Position numbers and translations under genes: made by a program. DNA of 64,000 nucleotides. It comes from Octopus sinensis (lineage: Eukaryota). Shown one piece after another: positions 1 through 12,400 of this stretch (positions are counted from its first letter, which is position 1; each line of letters starts with the position of its first letter). The notes beneath the pieces were generated by a model. The model made no database searches. It was not told where the DNA came from and worked only from the letters and a program-made list of their open reading frames with translations. The stretch covers positions 1 to 64,000 of the forward strand of contig NW_021836289.1 of the NCBI RefSeq assembly GCF_006345805.1, written 5' to 3'.

Positions 1-66
1 AACTTAACTAAATAGCTAATATTTTTACGCCAAATTTCTTCTGATTGCGCTGTCAATGTTTGTAAT

Positions 67-250
67 TGTGTTAATTATTGTGCTAATGTGGTTTCAACTA
101 TCAAGTGTTTTTCAAAATCAGTTAATTGCACACTCTATTCAAGGTCGTGCGTCATTGGTGGTAAATTGTGTTAATGATTGTGCTAATGCTGGTTTCAACT
201 ATCAAAGTGGTTTTTCAAAATCTGTTAATGCACACTCTATCAAATCGTGC
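67..250. repeat. Two imperfect tandem copies of a ~100-bp unit
   Basis: tgctaatg..ggtttcaactatcaa..tttttcaaaatc..ttaat.gcacactctat occurs at 81 and again at 181. Confidence 0.65.
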
Positions 251-479
251 ATCTGTGATTGCACATTCTGTCAAAGTCAAATATGATATAGCTTTAATTT
301 TGATTCATGGTCGAAATGATATATGCATTTATTTTAAAGCGAAAAACATAGGATGAATTGAATTCTTATCGCGAATAATTGGGAGTTCATCATTGTTAAT
401 ATTCTCCGCTGTCGTTTTCATCATCAATATCTCTTAATACGTGAGATTTTTGCCTTGAAGGTTTTAATGGACCTCTCAT

Positions 480-1440
480 GATGTCGAGGACATTCGCGTT
501 GTCATTTTAATCAAAATGCAGAAAATAATTTTTTGATTTTTTGGGGGGGAAGGTTTTAGGACTTCATCATGTAAGTCGAGGACATTGTAGTTTGTTCATT
601 TTTAACCAACATGCAGAAAATTTTTTTTAATTTTTTTTGGGGGGAAGGTTTTAAGGACTTAATCATTTAATTGAGGACATTGTGTTGTGTTCATTTTAAC
701 CAAAATGCAGAATTTTTTTTTTAATTTTTTGGGGGGGAAGGTTTTTAGGACTTCATCATGTAGTCGAGGACATGTATTGTTCATTTTAAAAACCAAATGC
801 AGAAATTTTTTTTTTAATTTTTTTTGGGGGGGAAGGTTTTAGGACTCATCATGTAAGTCGAGGACATTGTAGTTGTGTTCATTTTAACCAAAATGCAAAA
901 TTTTTTTTTAATTTTTTTTTTTTGGGGGAAGGTTTAAGGACTTCCATCATTTAAGTCGAGACATTGTAGTTGTTCATTTTAACCACCATGCAGAAAATTT
1001 TTTTTATATTTTTTTTGGGGGGGAAGGTTTTAAGACTTCATCATGTAAGTCGAGGACATTGTAGTTGTTCATTTTAACCAACATGCAAAATTTGTTTTAA
1101 TTTTTTTTGGGGAAGGTTTAAGGACCTCATCATGTCAGTCGAGGACATTGTAGTTGTTCATTTTACCAAAATGCAGAAAATTTTTTTTTAATTTTTTTGT
1201 GGGGGGAAGGTTTTTAAGACTTCAAATTTAAGTCGAGGACATTGTAGTTGTTCATTTTAACCAAAATGCAGAAAATTTTTTTTTAATTTTTTTGGGGGGG
1301 AAGGGTTTTAAGGACTTCATCATGTAAGTCGAGGACATTGTAGTTGTTTCCTTTTAAACCAAAATGCAGAAAATTTTTTTTAATTTTTTTTTGGGGGGGA
1401 AGTTTTTACGGACCTCATCATGTAATCGAGGACATCGTAT
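480..1440. repeat. Tandem array, ~94-bp unit, about 11 copies
   Basis: The anchor gtcgaggacatt recurs at about 486, 578, 673, 766, 860, 958, 1052, 1141, 1235, 1331 and 1428. Copies differ mostly in T/G/A homopolymer lengths. Confidence 0.95.
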
Positions 1441-1463
1441 TGCCCAATTTGAAGTTTGGTGTG

Positions 1464-1522
1464 CACACACAGACAGACAGACAGACGACCACCCATCGAC
1501 AGACAGACACACAGACAGACAC
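1464..1522. repeat. Interrupted (CAGA)n/(CA)n microsatellite
   Basis: cacacacagacagacagacagac...cgacagacagacacacagacagacac. Confidence 0.9.
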
Positions 1523-2335
1523 AACCATACCATTTTATTATTAAGATTTGACCCTTTTGATGCGCAGCTAGAGTATTGCATCTTTTTCCTTTTTGTGATC
1601 TTCCTCCTATCTTGCTGATATGGCTAGAGTAGTAAACTTCTTTAATGTATAAAAGCTTAGATCGAGCGATACCTGATTTTGAAATTGATAATTGCAAAAA
1701 ATGTAATCAAATATTTATTTTATTCCACGAAGGGTAATTTGTTATCGTCTTCGATGCATGATATAAAAAAGTCGAAATATTCTTTTTTTGAACTTTTATA
1801 TAATTTCCACTTCTTGTGTCAGGTTAACTCCATCAATTATCCAACGATATGCTGTTGTTCTTGAATACAATAGTTAGAAATTAAGTGCTAATATTTATTT
1901 TTCAGATAAACAGTTAATTTTGATCTAAACGATTTTTTCAACTAAACGCTGTTTAGTATTTTTCGAAGATATAAAATCATTTAATTTTTTAGGGTAAGGG
2001 TTAAACTGTATTCCTGTAATCTATATTTGGTGAATCTATATTTTCTGATGCATATTCTCCTTGCATCTATGCTTAGCTAAGGATAGCTGTCTTCTTTAAA
2101 TTGTTAAAATTGTTTAGTTTAAAATGGCTTTGATAAGAGTGGCATTCCAATTTGTATTCTATCCAGGATTAAATTTGTAAAATCTATAAGAATTAAAAAA
2201 ATTAACTAATAACTCAAAAATTCTAATTAATTTTATTCTAAAAAAATATTAAGTTTTGTTTTATTAAAGTTTGATAAGTTTCTAAATACTATTAAATATA
2301 TTTTTAATACATTTATATCCTGTTAAAAAACGTAG

Positions 2336-3990
2336 ATGAACGATAAGACGAATTACAGCAATAATGATTATGAGCTTGAAAAAACGGATACTCTAGACAA
2401 GGAAAATTATAGCAATAGCGGAGGATACAGCACCAGCAGTTTAATTTTGACACAAAGTTATAGACAGCATCAATTATTTGTATTGCCAGGCAAGTTCAGC
2501 AGGATATGATGAATTTCTGCTATAAAAACTGCATCAAGGTGATCCATTTAACTGACGAACACATTTTTATTGAAATCGATGTGAATTTAATTCAAAATAA
2601 TACACAAGTAACACCACCGGACAATCCCTGTTGTTCATGTATTGTGATCAATTCAGCATTCAAGAAACAAAATATTTTCTTTCTGTTATCTAAAAAAATA
2701 TGGAAGGAAAGTAAATTTCTTGTAGTGTTTTAGGAATGGATTGACATGGATCTCGGTGTATTTAAACAATTTTCTAAAAGTATAAAATGTTCATTTTATG
2801 CTAGAACGAGTCGAAAAAATGATTTTCTATTTCGAAGTTAAGTACTACGTCTTAATATACAGCAAGTTTCAGATGAAACTACTCGGTTGGTAAATTGATA
2901 CTTATTTGTAGTAAATGATTTTTTTGCAAGTCCGTAAAATATTTTGAATGAAAAGTTTAATCATATTTCTAAACTAAATTAAAGAATTGAAACATCTCTC
3001 AACGTACAAACTTATTTGAGCGCTTACGCCATTCAGAGCGAATACGGCGACTGTCCTTCGAATGCAGATAAGTCATATGACGACTGCCTTTCCAAAAACA
3101 CATTAATGCAGTACATTGAAAAAGACCAAATTATGTCATTTCATACTTTACTGAGGTTTTAGATTAAGTTGATCTGATTACTTAGAGGCATTACTAGGGC
3201 CGATGCATTGATCACGTATTTTGAAAATCGCTGAAAAGCTTCCGCACTATGGAACAACTTTCTATCCTGCAATAGTTTCGTATTTTCAGACTAAATTAAA
3301 GATTTCAAAAATGACGGGAAAAATTGGCGTAAATTCAACTGGAATTTTAGTTTATGTTCAAAATATCCGTCTTTTTTTTTCTTTCTATGGCCTGAATATT
3401 AAAATTTGAAGCACGGGGAAATAATTTTTCATTAAAACAAGAACATATAATTTGAATAACATTGTTCATATTTTTGAACTTCAAAATTGGTCTAATGCAA
3501 ATAAACTAATGAAGTATACGAAAATATCCATCAATTTTTCAGGTATTATACAATGATTATTTTAGATTGTATCGAACTGCAGATTCGTGGGAACATTCAA
3601 AATCATTTTTCACCATGAAGTCATCGGCTCCGACGTTAGGTGGGACTATGACAACAAAAAGTAAACAAAAAAATGAAGAAAAATAAATACAGTATGTAAA
3701 AATATAATACATATAGAAAATTACTTTTCTTTAAACAAGACGTGGCTGGTAAATATTATTTTATGACACCTGATTTAGAGCAAAATGTCATTAAATAAAA
3801 GTTTGAATAAACAATCGGTTGCTCCATTCATCTCAAGTGAAAACAAAATGAGTATTCGCAAGTTGATGAAACAACTACCGAAAACAATTATGAACATGTT
3901 GAAATACCATATTATTCAAATTTGAAACTGGACAGTTCATCATATAACACCAAGGTATTAGAATGTTTAATAATGAATATAGAAATTAAT
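2336..3990 (+). CDS. FERM-domain (band 4.1 superfamily) protein, multi-exon; 3' end uncertain
   Basis: Hand-spliced peptides follow FERM lobes F1-F3 in order: CIKVIHLTDEHIFIEID, TTGQSL, EWIDMD, FYFEVKYY..DETTR..FLQVRKNIL, LSAYAIQSEYGD, LRGITRADALITYLKIAEKLPHYGTTFY, KIGVNSTGILVY, WPE..RGNNFFIK, HQFFRL. Very AT-rich, with several frameshifts. Confidence 0.75.
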
Positions 3991-4222
3991 TGAAGCCGTA
4001 AAAAAAGCTTGTAATTGTCTTAGTACCGCATGTGTCACTAAGATATTTGAATAAATACGTTATGTCTCAATTAAAATGGAAAATTAATTTACTAACAAAA
4101 TTTTCAATATTATTTTTTGACTAAACTAGCTTAGCAGTAATCGTGATTAGTATTGGAAATTTAATTTATTAATATTCGGATGTCGGATTTCTGTTGTGTC
4201 CAAAAGATAATATTTTCAAACA

Positions 4223-7200
4223 TTAAATAAGAACAGGGCGTATAATAACACACATTTTTAAAGAAACCAAAAGTTTAACACCGCCCCTAAGAACCGCCTT
4301 AAAATAATCGATTGTATGTTTCACAGTCCTAAACATTCGGCCTCTGTATTTGAGACCCATCCAGGTGGCGGAAATGTATTCCTTTCGCACTTTATTGTGA
4401 ACAAGATAACAAATAACAGCTCGGCATGGATTGTCTTTTAATAAACTTAGTCCATAAGGAATTCTAGATGATTATACTGGACTAACCTCGCAGGCTGCTT
4501 CTTCTTCTCTACCAACAAGTACCTCTCCATCTGACGATCATCCCCATCCAAGTAATATTGGAAATTAACAATCTCCCGAATATAAATCGCAATCGACTGC
4601 ACATATCGAGCTATTATTTCGTCCAAGTCCTCAAATACCTGAAAGATCACTACACAAAAAACCTCTCCGTCTATTTTAAGTACTTTCCCTAATCCCAAGT
4701 CCGAACTGTTCTTTTCAGATTCCACAATATCAACATGCGAATATATATCGTCAGCCACTTTCCAGGACAGTGTCAGATGATCGACTCCCTTCGAACATTA
4801 CCAAGCTTAACTCTACTTTGCTACTAGGCCGAAAAATGCAATCCCCGTTGTCCATATTCTTGTTAACTGGCAACACATTTTGTACGCAACGTGCTTATAA
4901 TTCGGGTGCATTATCGGGCGGGGGACGTATGTCTCTACACGTCAATAAACCAGACCAACTCCCAACAGTCTTCTTTCTACGTTCGGCTCGTCTATTCCTA
5001 TCAATCCTCTCTGACTCATAATCGAAATGCTCGTCTTTCCTAACTTTGTACTTTCCAGACAAGTCATTAAGGTCAGAAGACCTACAAACCAACTCACATT
5101 GGAGTTTGAAATAATCCAATTTGGATATTCTAGCAGACAACACAGAACCAATCTAGATATAGTATTATTCAGTACCTGAATCGTCTCCAAAGTGTCATAC
5201 TTCTTATCACTCACGTATCTGCCGTGGATAAAACCTGTGAGTCCATTGTCAAATGCCACTCGCAGACCAATAGCAGTTCCCGGACACTTGTCCTGATCGA
5301 AGTGAGACCACACGTCATCAATTGCTTCAAATGTACTCTTCAGGCAATATGGGCATTCCCATAGACCCGTCTCCTGATTCCTCCGTGGGTGAGCTCCTTC
5401 TATCTGCTGAGAAGTCGGCCTCCGTCTTGCATATCCAATCACACGACATACCACCAGTTTTCCTACCGTTTATTATAAAACACTCCACCAATGTGCAATG
5501 TTTCGGGAGTCTCCTTTAATAATGTAAAAAACCGCTCTTTGGTCGAAATTGGTCAAATGACATTTTTGAGAGTTCTACACTCAACTGTTCCCTAATATCA
5601 AGTAGGTGTTGATTTTGTTGCCAAAATTCTAGAATATAATAAAATTTGAACTTGTTTGGCTATTCGTCACTGAATGCTTCCAAATCAAGATCCTTAAGCT
5701 TGTCTTTGGCCGTGATAAGTTCATCAATGATGACAGAACTGTCCATATCGCTGGCATCTTCATAGTCCAATGCATCAATCGCCATCTTTCTCGCCCAGTG
5801 ATATACTTCCGGGTGTATCCTAAAGTAATCCAGCGGTTCAAATTGAGTGGAATAAACTAATCATAATCCCCATTAACACCACCGATTGCTCACACAGTAG
5901 TACTGATCCACCAATAAGAACCCAGCACAGTTCACAAACACGATGGGACCAATACGGTAGTTAGTCACCAGTTCAATTCGTGAGATTATATCTTTGTACT
6001 CATCCTTGTGCATTACACTCCTTGCAATACCTTCATTATAACTGGGCCTTTATTGGACCAAGCCCTGACACGAATTGGAGAATATTTTTAGTATGTGGGT
6101 AATGACGGACCCGGTTTACATCAACACCAGTCAAACTCACCGCATCAATTACTTCACGTTGTAATTCTCGACTCAGAATATCCGACTCGACATTATTCTG
6201 CAGTGGGTCGTAACAGAATGATAGGAAATCGTCGTTCTTGTTGATTAATTGAGCATATTCGGCCAGTGGATCAACCAACAATCTGCCCATTGAGATAGCC
6301 TCTCTCAGAAGAATGGGATATTCAGGATAATCAGTCTATTTACATCACAAGTTTTGCTTATACACGCCCCTTCGTTGATTTGGAATATATCTTTGCCAAT
6401 TCGTTACTAAATAGTTCCACGTCAACTGAATGTTCGCTATCCAGTACTAATGAATGGATATCCTCCACCACGAATGTTGCCAGTCTAAAATAAGCCACTC
6501 TCATACACCTGTCCTCAGTCGACACTATTATCAGAGATGGCTTGTGCTTGTCGATAAAACTGCGTAATTTGACCAATGAAGCTTTCTACAAATTAATGAT
6601 CACTATTACTTTGAGACAGAATAGACTATTTCTGCCCTCCACTAGACTCGCCAGTTTAATATACTCCTCCACTTCACCGTCCTTATGTTTAATCACTCCA
6701 AATGATGCCATGCCACTACATTAAGACAACAACAACCAACCGAGATGATGAATAAGACACTGATAACACATTCTGGTCTGTCTTTCTATTTGGGCGGTAC
6801 CCGAAATACGGCCATTTCCCAATAATCGACCTCAGTCTGCTTCGACATTTCTAAATATTAGCAACAGTCAAACTGAGATCATTGCGTTGGATGCTTCACT
6901 TAAAAGGCGATCCTTAACTTCTTTCACTATGAGGGGATATATGCTCTTATAGAATGAGCCGAGTATGTCATTTATCATGCTTTTATCACCCTTCACTCTC
7001 CCCTGTTGAGATTATAGTCACTCACCAACTTTAATAAAACACGAATCCAGTCGTTGGAGCAATTCAAATCATCAATGTTGAAAGATATCGACATTTTTAA
7101 AAGCCGTCCTTCTCTGCTGTCAGTAAATGGAGATAACAATCGTCCACCAATTCACACACGGGCTTGTCTTTCAAATACATCATCGAATAACAGGCATGCC

Positions 7201-9058
7201 CTTCATCCAGCTCCTACAATATATTCCCATTTGTTACCTTTAATCCAGCATTTGTCGGTCGGACAGTCAAAGTAGCACAGCTGTGGAGAATTTTTCTCAA
7301 ATAATCAGTCAAATCTGGTTCAACCGACATCTCCATTGCAACCATGTAAGCCAACGCCTCCATTACTTGCTTTGTCGACTCATAACGATTTCCGACAAAG
7401 CGTTCAGCCATTTCGACCCATAGTCTGAGTGTCAGGATCACGTTGGAGAGGAAGACAGTTAATAATATCAGAAGATAATTTTGTACAAGACATTTCACAA
7501 GCCAAAAGAATGCTTCCTAAATGAGAGTAAGTTGAATACACCACCAAGTCCATCGTCTACACAAATACGATAACAACTGCGGGATAGAGCAGGCTTGTGG
7601 AGTAACGTGTCTCCACTCGAAAAATACTCCTTCATCGACTCCAACTCATGTCCGTAATAAAACATGAAATATCGATGATAATCTTTCAACACCAACTCAC
7701 TGTCGGCCTTCTCCAGACTCACGATTAATGACATAATATACCCATCAAGCACATTTTCTGTGATTTTCTGATAGTAATGGGAAGAACCAGCATATTTGAA
7801 CTCCCCAAATTCCTTCATTCTCTTAAAAGTGAAAGAAGCGACTCTTTGAATGAGCGGAAGTGACACCACTACAATAAACAAACCACACACCTTCTCATCC
7901 CAGTCATAAATCAACCACAAATCGGCAACTTCAAGGACTGGCAAAAAGTACTCCTTTCTGAACGTTGCAATGAAGGGAACCTAATACTTAAAATCACTCA
8001 AACTTCTGATTTGTCATTTCTAATCAATTGTAGGCAAGCCTGTATTTTCGCAGTCACTTCCTCGCTTGGATACGAACAAATCCGACTAAGCGATGTCTTT
8101 TGATTGTCTACTCATATTCCAAGATAAAATGACCTGAGAAGAAAGAGGACGGACACAAAACGAGTTTCTATAAATCCAGCCTGCTTCTGACTCCAATTCT
8201 TCGGGGTGGCGTCGGACACAGGAACTGACCTCGCCTAAAAATATCAGGAAATCTCAACTTGGAATCTTTCTGGCATGTCCATATTCCGAATTGTGTGTTC
8301 TTTGGTCGATTTATAAACCATTTCCTTCTCTTCGTTACAAAACTAGCAAAACTAGAGAAAACAAACCAAACCGTGTCTCTCTCATCATCGGAGTAATAAT
8401 CCACGGCAAAAATCTTCTGAGCCTCGTCTAGAGCACTAAAGTCACAAAATCACGAATCAACGGATCGTCCGTGTAGATTCTCCGTGAATTCGACTTTCCG
8501 CGATCATCGTCGACAATAAAGTCGTCCATTTCTACGGAAATGAGTACAACACAGACCATCTAGTTCGGAATCACATTCATTTGGTCGAGATTTTCGATCG
8601 TTTGTGGATTTTTCTGATTTTCGAATATGTCTTTGATCTCCTTCTTCGTCTTCTGAGACAAATTTGACTCTTTTCTTTTGAGCCTTTTCTACGAATTTGG
8701 CTGGGTTGACAAGACGAACTTTTCGATTGAACTTTTTGCCAGTGTTTTGTTCGATTATTTCAATATCATCGTCGTCGATTGAGTCCAACAAGTCGTCGCT
8801 GGACAATTCTTGTGATTGAGACTCGTATTCTTCAATTTCGTCGTCGTTTATTAGATCTTTCATCTCTTCGCGGATTTTCTCGTCGTCTATTGATGTCTAG
8901 TTTTCTGATTACCCTCCTCCTCTTCTTCGCTGCTTGAATAAACTCTTCTTCGTTTGCCACTTTGAGAGTATGTCTCACTTTGTTCATCGTAGGATTCTGA
9001 AGCTTCTGCGTCGATAAAATCTTCGATTCTTGAAATTTAACAAATTCAAGCACCTCAT
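4223..9058 (-). CDS. SUPT6H: Transcription elongation factor SPT6, multi-exon
   Basis: Acidic N-terminus (EDFIDAEASES, MKDLINDDEIEE), ADLWLIYDWDEK, DPLAEYAQL...GVDVNR...LQFVSGLGPIKA, S1 region RNQETGLWECPYC...FDNGLTGFI, and tandem SH2 region IYSHVDIVE...FEDLDEIIARYVQ and KEYISATWMGLKYRGRMF. ATG inferred at 9058 with a 25-nt first intron. Confidence 0.93.
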
Positions 9059-9471
9059 CAATATTAGCAAATCAAAGCCTAGAATTTATTATTTATTTAG
9101 AATCATTTATTATAAATTTAATACAATTATATTAAAAAATGACTTTAATGGATTTTTAATTCTTTTCTGTTAAAATTTTATGGCGTTAAGTTCGACATCG
9201 AGATTTTGAAAGCATTTGTTAGAACACTTACGAATTCCACTATTACTCTGTTTTCTTGATTTTAACGCGCAATCGAAAATAACACGCAAATAAATTTTGG
9301 TCCAAAACATTCGGTAAAACGCAGTATTGCGCATCTTAACTTTCCCGCTGACGAAATTCAGAAATTTTATCTTTTTTTCGTCGCTTCACGATTGTTTTGT
9401 TCAGAACCGGATTGAGAAATCTTAGATAGAAAGGGTATGCTTATGATGTTTTATGCTGTTAAAGAAAAATA

Positions 9472-12400
9472 TTTTTTTTTTGAAACAAAAAATTAGAGAA
9501 GAGAAGTTAACTAAACTAGATGAGTCGCCGAGCGGATGGACAGGCAATTTCCACGTAATATCGCGAACGATATCCGCTGAAAAAGCCAGCTCGTTTCACG
9601 ACTGTCGTGGCTCCTCCTCGAGATGATTGAACCAATCTCTGAGAGGAGTTTGAGGCTTTGGGTCCAATTATCCCACTGGTCTCGAAAGCCAGGGGAATGA
9701 AGCAGCAGGTATCGGTCAAAGAGGCATATTTAGCGGCAAGGCTAGATGCAGATCCAGGACGAGAAGCGGAGTCGACCAACGATGAAGGAGAAAATGAGTC
9801 TACGCAGGTAACATCCCACACGAGTGCCATTCCCTTCCTGAACGGGAATAAGGTCGACCCGTCAGGGCGTTTTCCATCTCCACGGTCTAGTCCTATCGGT
9901 TCTAACATCGAGGGAAATCCAGCGGCGTTAAGCGCGCGCTTCACAACGTCATTTAATGAGGCGTGCCTGGGGATCCTGCCGGCACTGAGGCGACAAGAGA
10001 GAGGGTGTAAACCTCTCCTGTCAATGAGTTGTCCACATCTGCAATGGTGCGGCTGGCAAATCTCTATGCCAAGCCGTAAACAGATTCCGATGCGGACAGA
10101 TTCGTCGTCCAGCAACATTCCAGCAGAGGAAATCGGCAAAGCGTCAAGCCAATCGCCCGAGTGGGGTTGACAGGCACAATTGATGCTTGCCAACTGAAAT
10201 TGGTCAGCACGTAGGCGGATATCTTCGAGTACATGGGAGCAATGTATATCATCCCAGTTCTTTTGAACTGAAGGGACGTCCGGGATTTTAAGCCCACGAG
10301 AAATCCACATGTTGACACCCGCCGTATATTCCACCAACTCGGGCTGTTCAGGGGAGGGGAAGAGAACAGAGTTGAAGGAACTGGCAGAAGCAGACAATGA
10401 GGAAAAGTAACAGGGGAGGGATAAATCAACACAGGAACGAATGCCGATGCCCCCGTAACGAATAGGTAAATTAACCCGTCGCATGTCTGAAGGTTTGAAT
10501 TTGATGTTTACGAGAAGCTCAAGAGCTTTGGAGACCATGTTGTCGAGACAAGACAAGTGATTTTGTTCAAGAAAGCAGGGCGATGAGCGCATGAGATAAG
10601 TTAGCTTCGGTATAAAGAGATAGTTCTTGAGCAAGAAAAGGCCTAAATGGGACTCCAGTTTGGAAATGCGGGAGATTAGACTTTCCAATTCTTCGAGCCT
10701 GTCACATAAAGCCTTCTTAGTAGCCTTGCTATTGATTGGGAACCCAGAATGATAAGGTCATCAAGCTGGGTGATGCCCAGCCTTCAATATGGTGAGATAA
10801 GGTGGAAAAAATAAGTTTGAATTCCGAAGGGCTCGCAGACAAGCATATCAGCTCGGATTTAGATCCATTCAAAGCGAGCCCAATGGAGGCAAAACCAGAA
10901 ATAATTTTTTCTATATCATTCCTGACGGTCTCCAAAGCCCCGCCGAGAGTAACATCATCGAGGTACAAATGTTTACCTCGGAGGACAATTGGCGGGCAAT
11001 GTGATCAACACCGAGAGAGAATAAAGGGGCCCAAGAGGGTCGCCTTGTTGAATGCCAGTTTCGGACATAATAACATTGTCGGCAAACAAGAGACAGCTGG
11101 GGGAGGCGTAAGACAGATGGACAATCGGTATAAGGCAGGAAACGACATCGGACAGTTTCAAGGATATGATCGCGCCGAATCGAGTTGAACGCGTTTTTGA
11201 CATCAATTTTAAGGAGGAATGGGATTTCAGTACATTTTGCAGAAGACAGCTGCCGTATGCCATGGGCGGCTGCTTCGCAGGCTCCTTTCACGCCCACGCC
11301 CAGTTGAATTGGCATAAGCTTTGCACTTGCTTCCGGAACCACTGATTGACAAATAATTTTAGCAGCAAGGCGTCTGAAGATGTTGCCCACAGCGATAGGC
11401 CGTACGCCACCATCACTTTTGTTAAGAGCAGTCAGATTTGCAGAAAAGAGTACGTCCCTAGCGAACGGAGGGATCGTACCAGAGATGATTCTTAAGCAGA
11501 GGGAAGTGATGGCCAACAATAAACGTCTTCCACCCTCTGCAGTCACAGGGAAATCAGATCTTTTATATGAATCGGTTTCAAGCCATCGATACCCCCACTG
11601 CTACTGAATGGGAAAGAGCCGAGGGCGGCAGTTACTTCCGTCGAAGAGACGGGATATATAGAATCAGTCTCCGGATCTGGATTTCTGGTAAGTCATCCGG
11701 GGCCCGGGTGTTTAGAGCGCAATTGGTCGAGAATTTTGTCAGAAGGGGGGGCAATTGTGGTGTTCGAGGAAATAACACGTACTGCACTCCGAACGTCGCC
11801 TTGCATAAGCTTGCTGCGAACCATTCGAGAAATGTCCTGAGTGCTCAGAATTGGACGAGGGATCCTTTCAGAAGCATCAAGGGAAAAATAGCTCATATCA
11901 AATTCTGAATTGTTGAAAAACTCGCAGTTTGTTTTAATTTGCTGCGAGACGGACAAGCGGTCACCACGAAGAGTGCCGTTTAAAGGGCTGCCCAGACAGA
12001 CAGGGACAAATGAGAGAAACTTGAGCCAATCGCTCCAAGAATTCGAGGCCAGAGCCCGCTCAATAGCCAGAGCCAAGAGTTAGCAACTTGGATCCTGGCC
12101 GATTTAGAATGCGTGACGGGATAAACTTCGATTTCCGGAAACGAGACAAAAGTACGAGGAATTCGCTAGCTTTGGAACAAGACAGGTCCTTGGGTATTTT
12201 GGGAAGAGTTGGGGCCTCGATGTACAGAGGAGTAGAAGAGCAGCGAAAACATTTCCAGTTTGCGATGCTTGCCGAGCTGATCTTCGATAAGCCGACACAG
12301 AGAGGTGGAAGTAGAGTTGGCACGAAGAACAATACCTTCCCTTTTTCCGAGGGCACGTAAGTTCGCACTTGCTGCAGGGAGACATAGGATCAGAAAAGAA
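9472..12400 (-). mobile_element. CRE-clade non-LTR retrotransposon: PHD finger, RT and restriction-like endonuclease; frameshifted as assembled
   Basis: RT motifs GGVRPIAVGNIFRRL, QLGVGVKGACEAAAH, IDVKNAFNS, GIQQGDPLGP, YLDDVTLGG. C-terminal CRCG..H..SC..RHASLND plus KRPDG..LVWDVT (RLE). A10 tail at 9472-9481. C4HC3 finger at 12240-12385. Confidence 0.88.

Larger units (their letters stand above)
429..1547 (-). mobile_element. Non-autonomous Helentron/DINE-1(HINE)-like element with internal satellite
   Basis: The minus strand starts atcttaataataaaatgg followed by a (CTGT)n microsatellite and then a central tandem array. There is an 8-bp inverted subterminal motif tcttaata (432-439 vs 1539-1546) and a terminal hairpin atctc-N9-gagat (429-447). 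It is non-coding. This layout matches DINE-1/Lep1-type elements. Confidence 0.55.

Noticed and set aside
480-1440. CRISPR-like array
   Set aside because: The whole ~94-bp unit repeats with no unique spacers, there are no cas genes, and the context is eukaryotic.
9658-10170. Long plus-strand ORFs over the CRE element, and similar antisense ORFs over MCM7 and VPS8
   Set aside because: These are antisense shadows of GC-rich coding sequence with no independent motifs.
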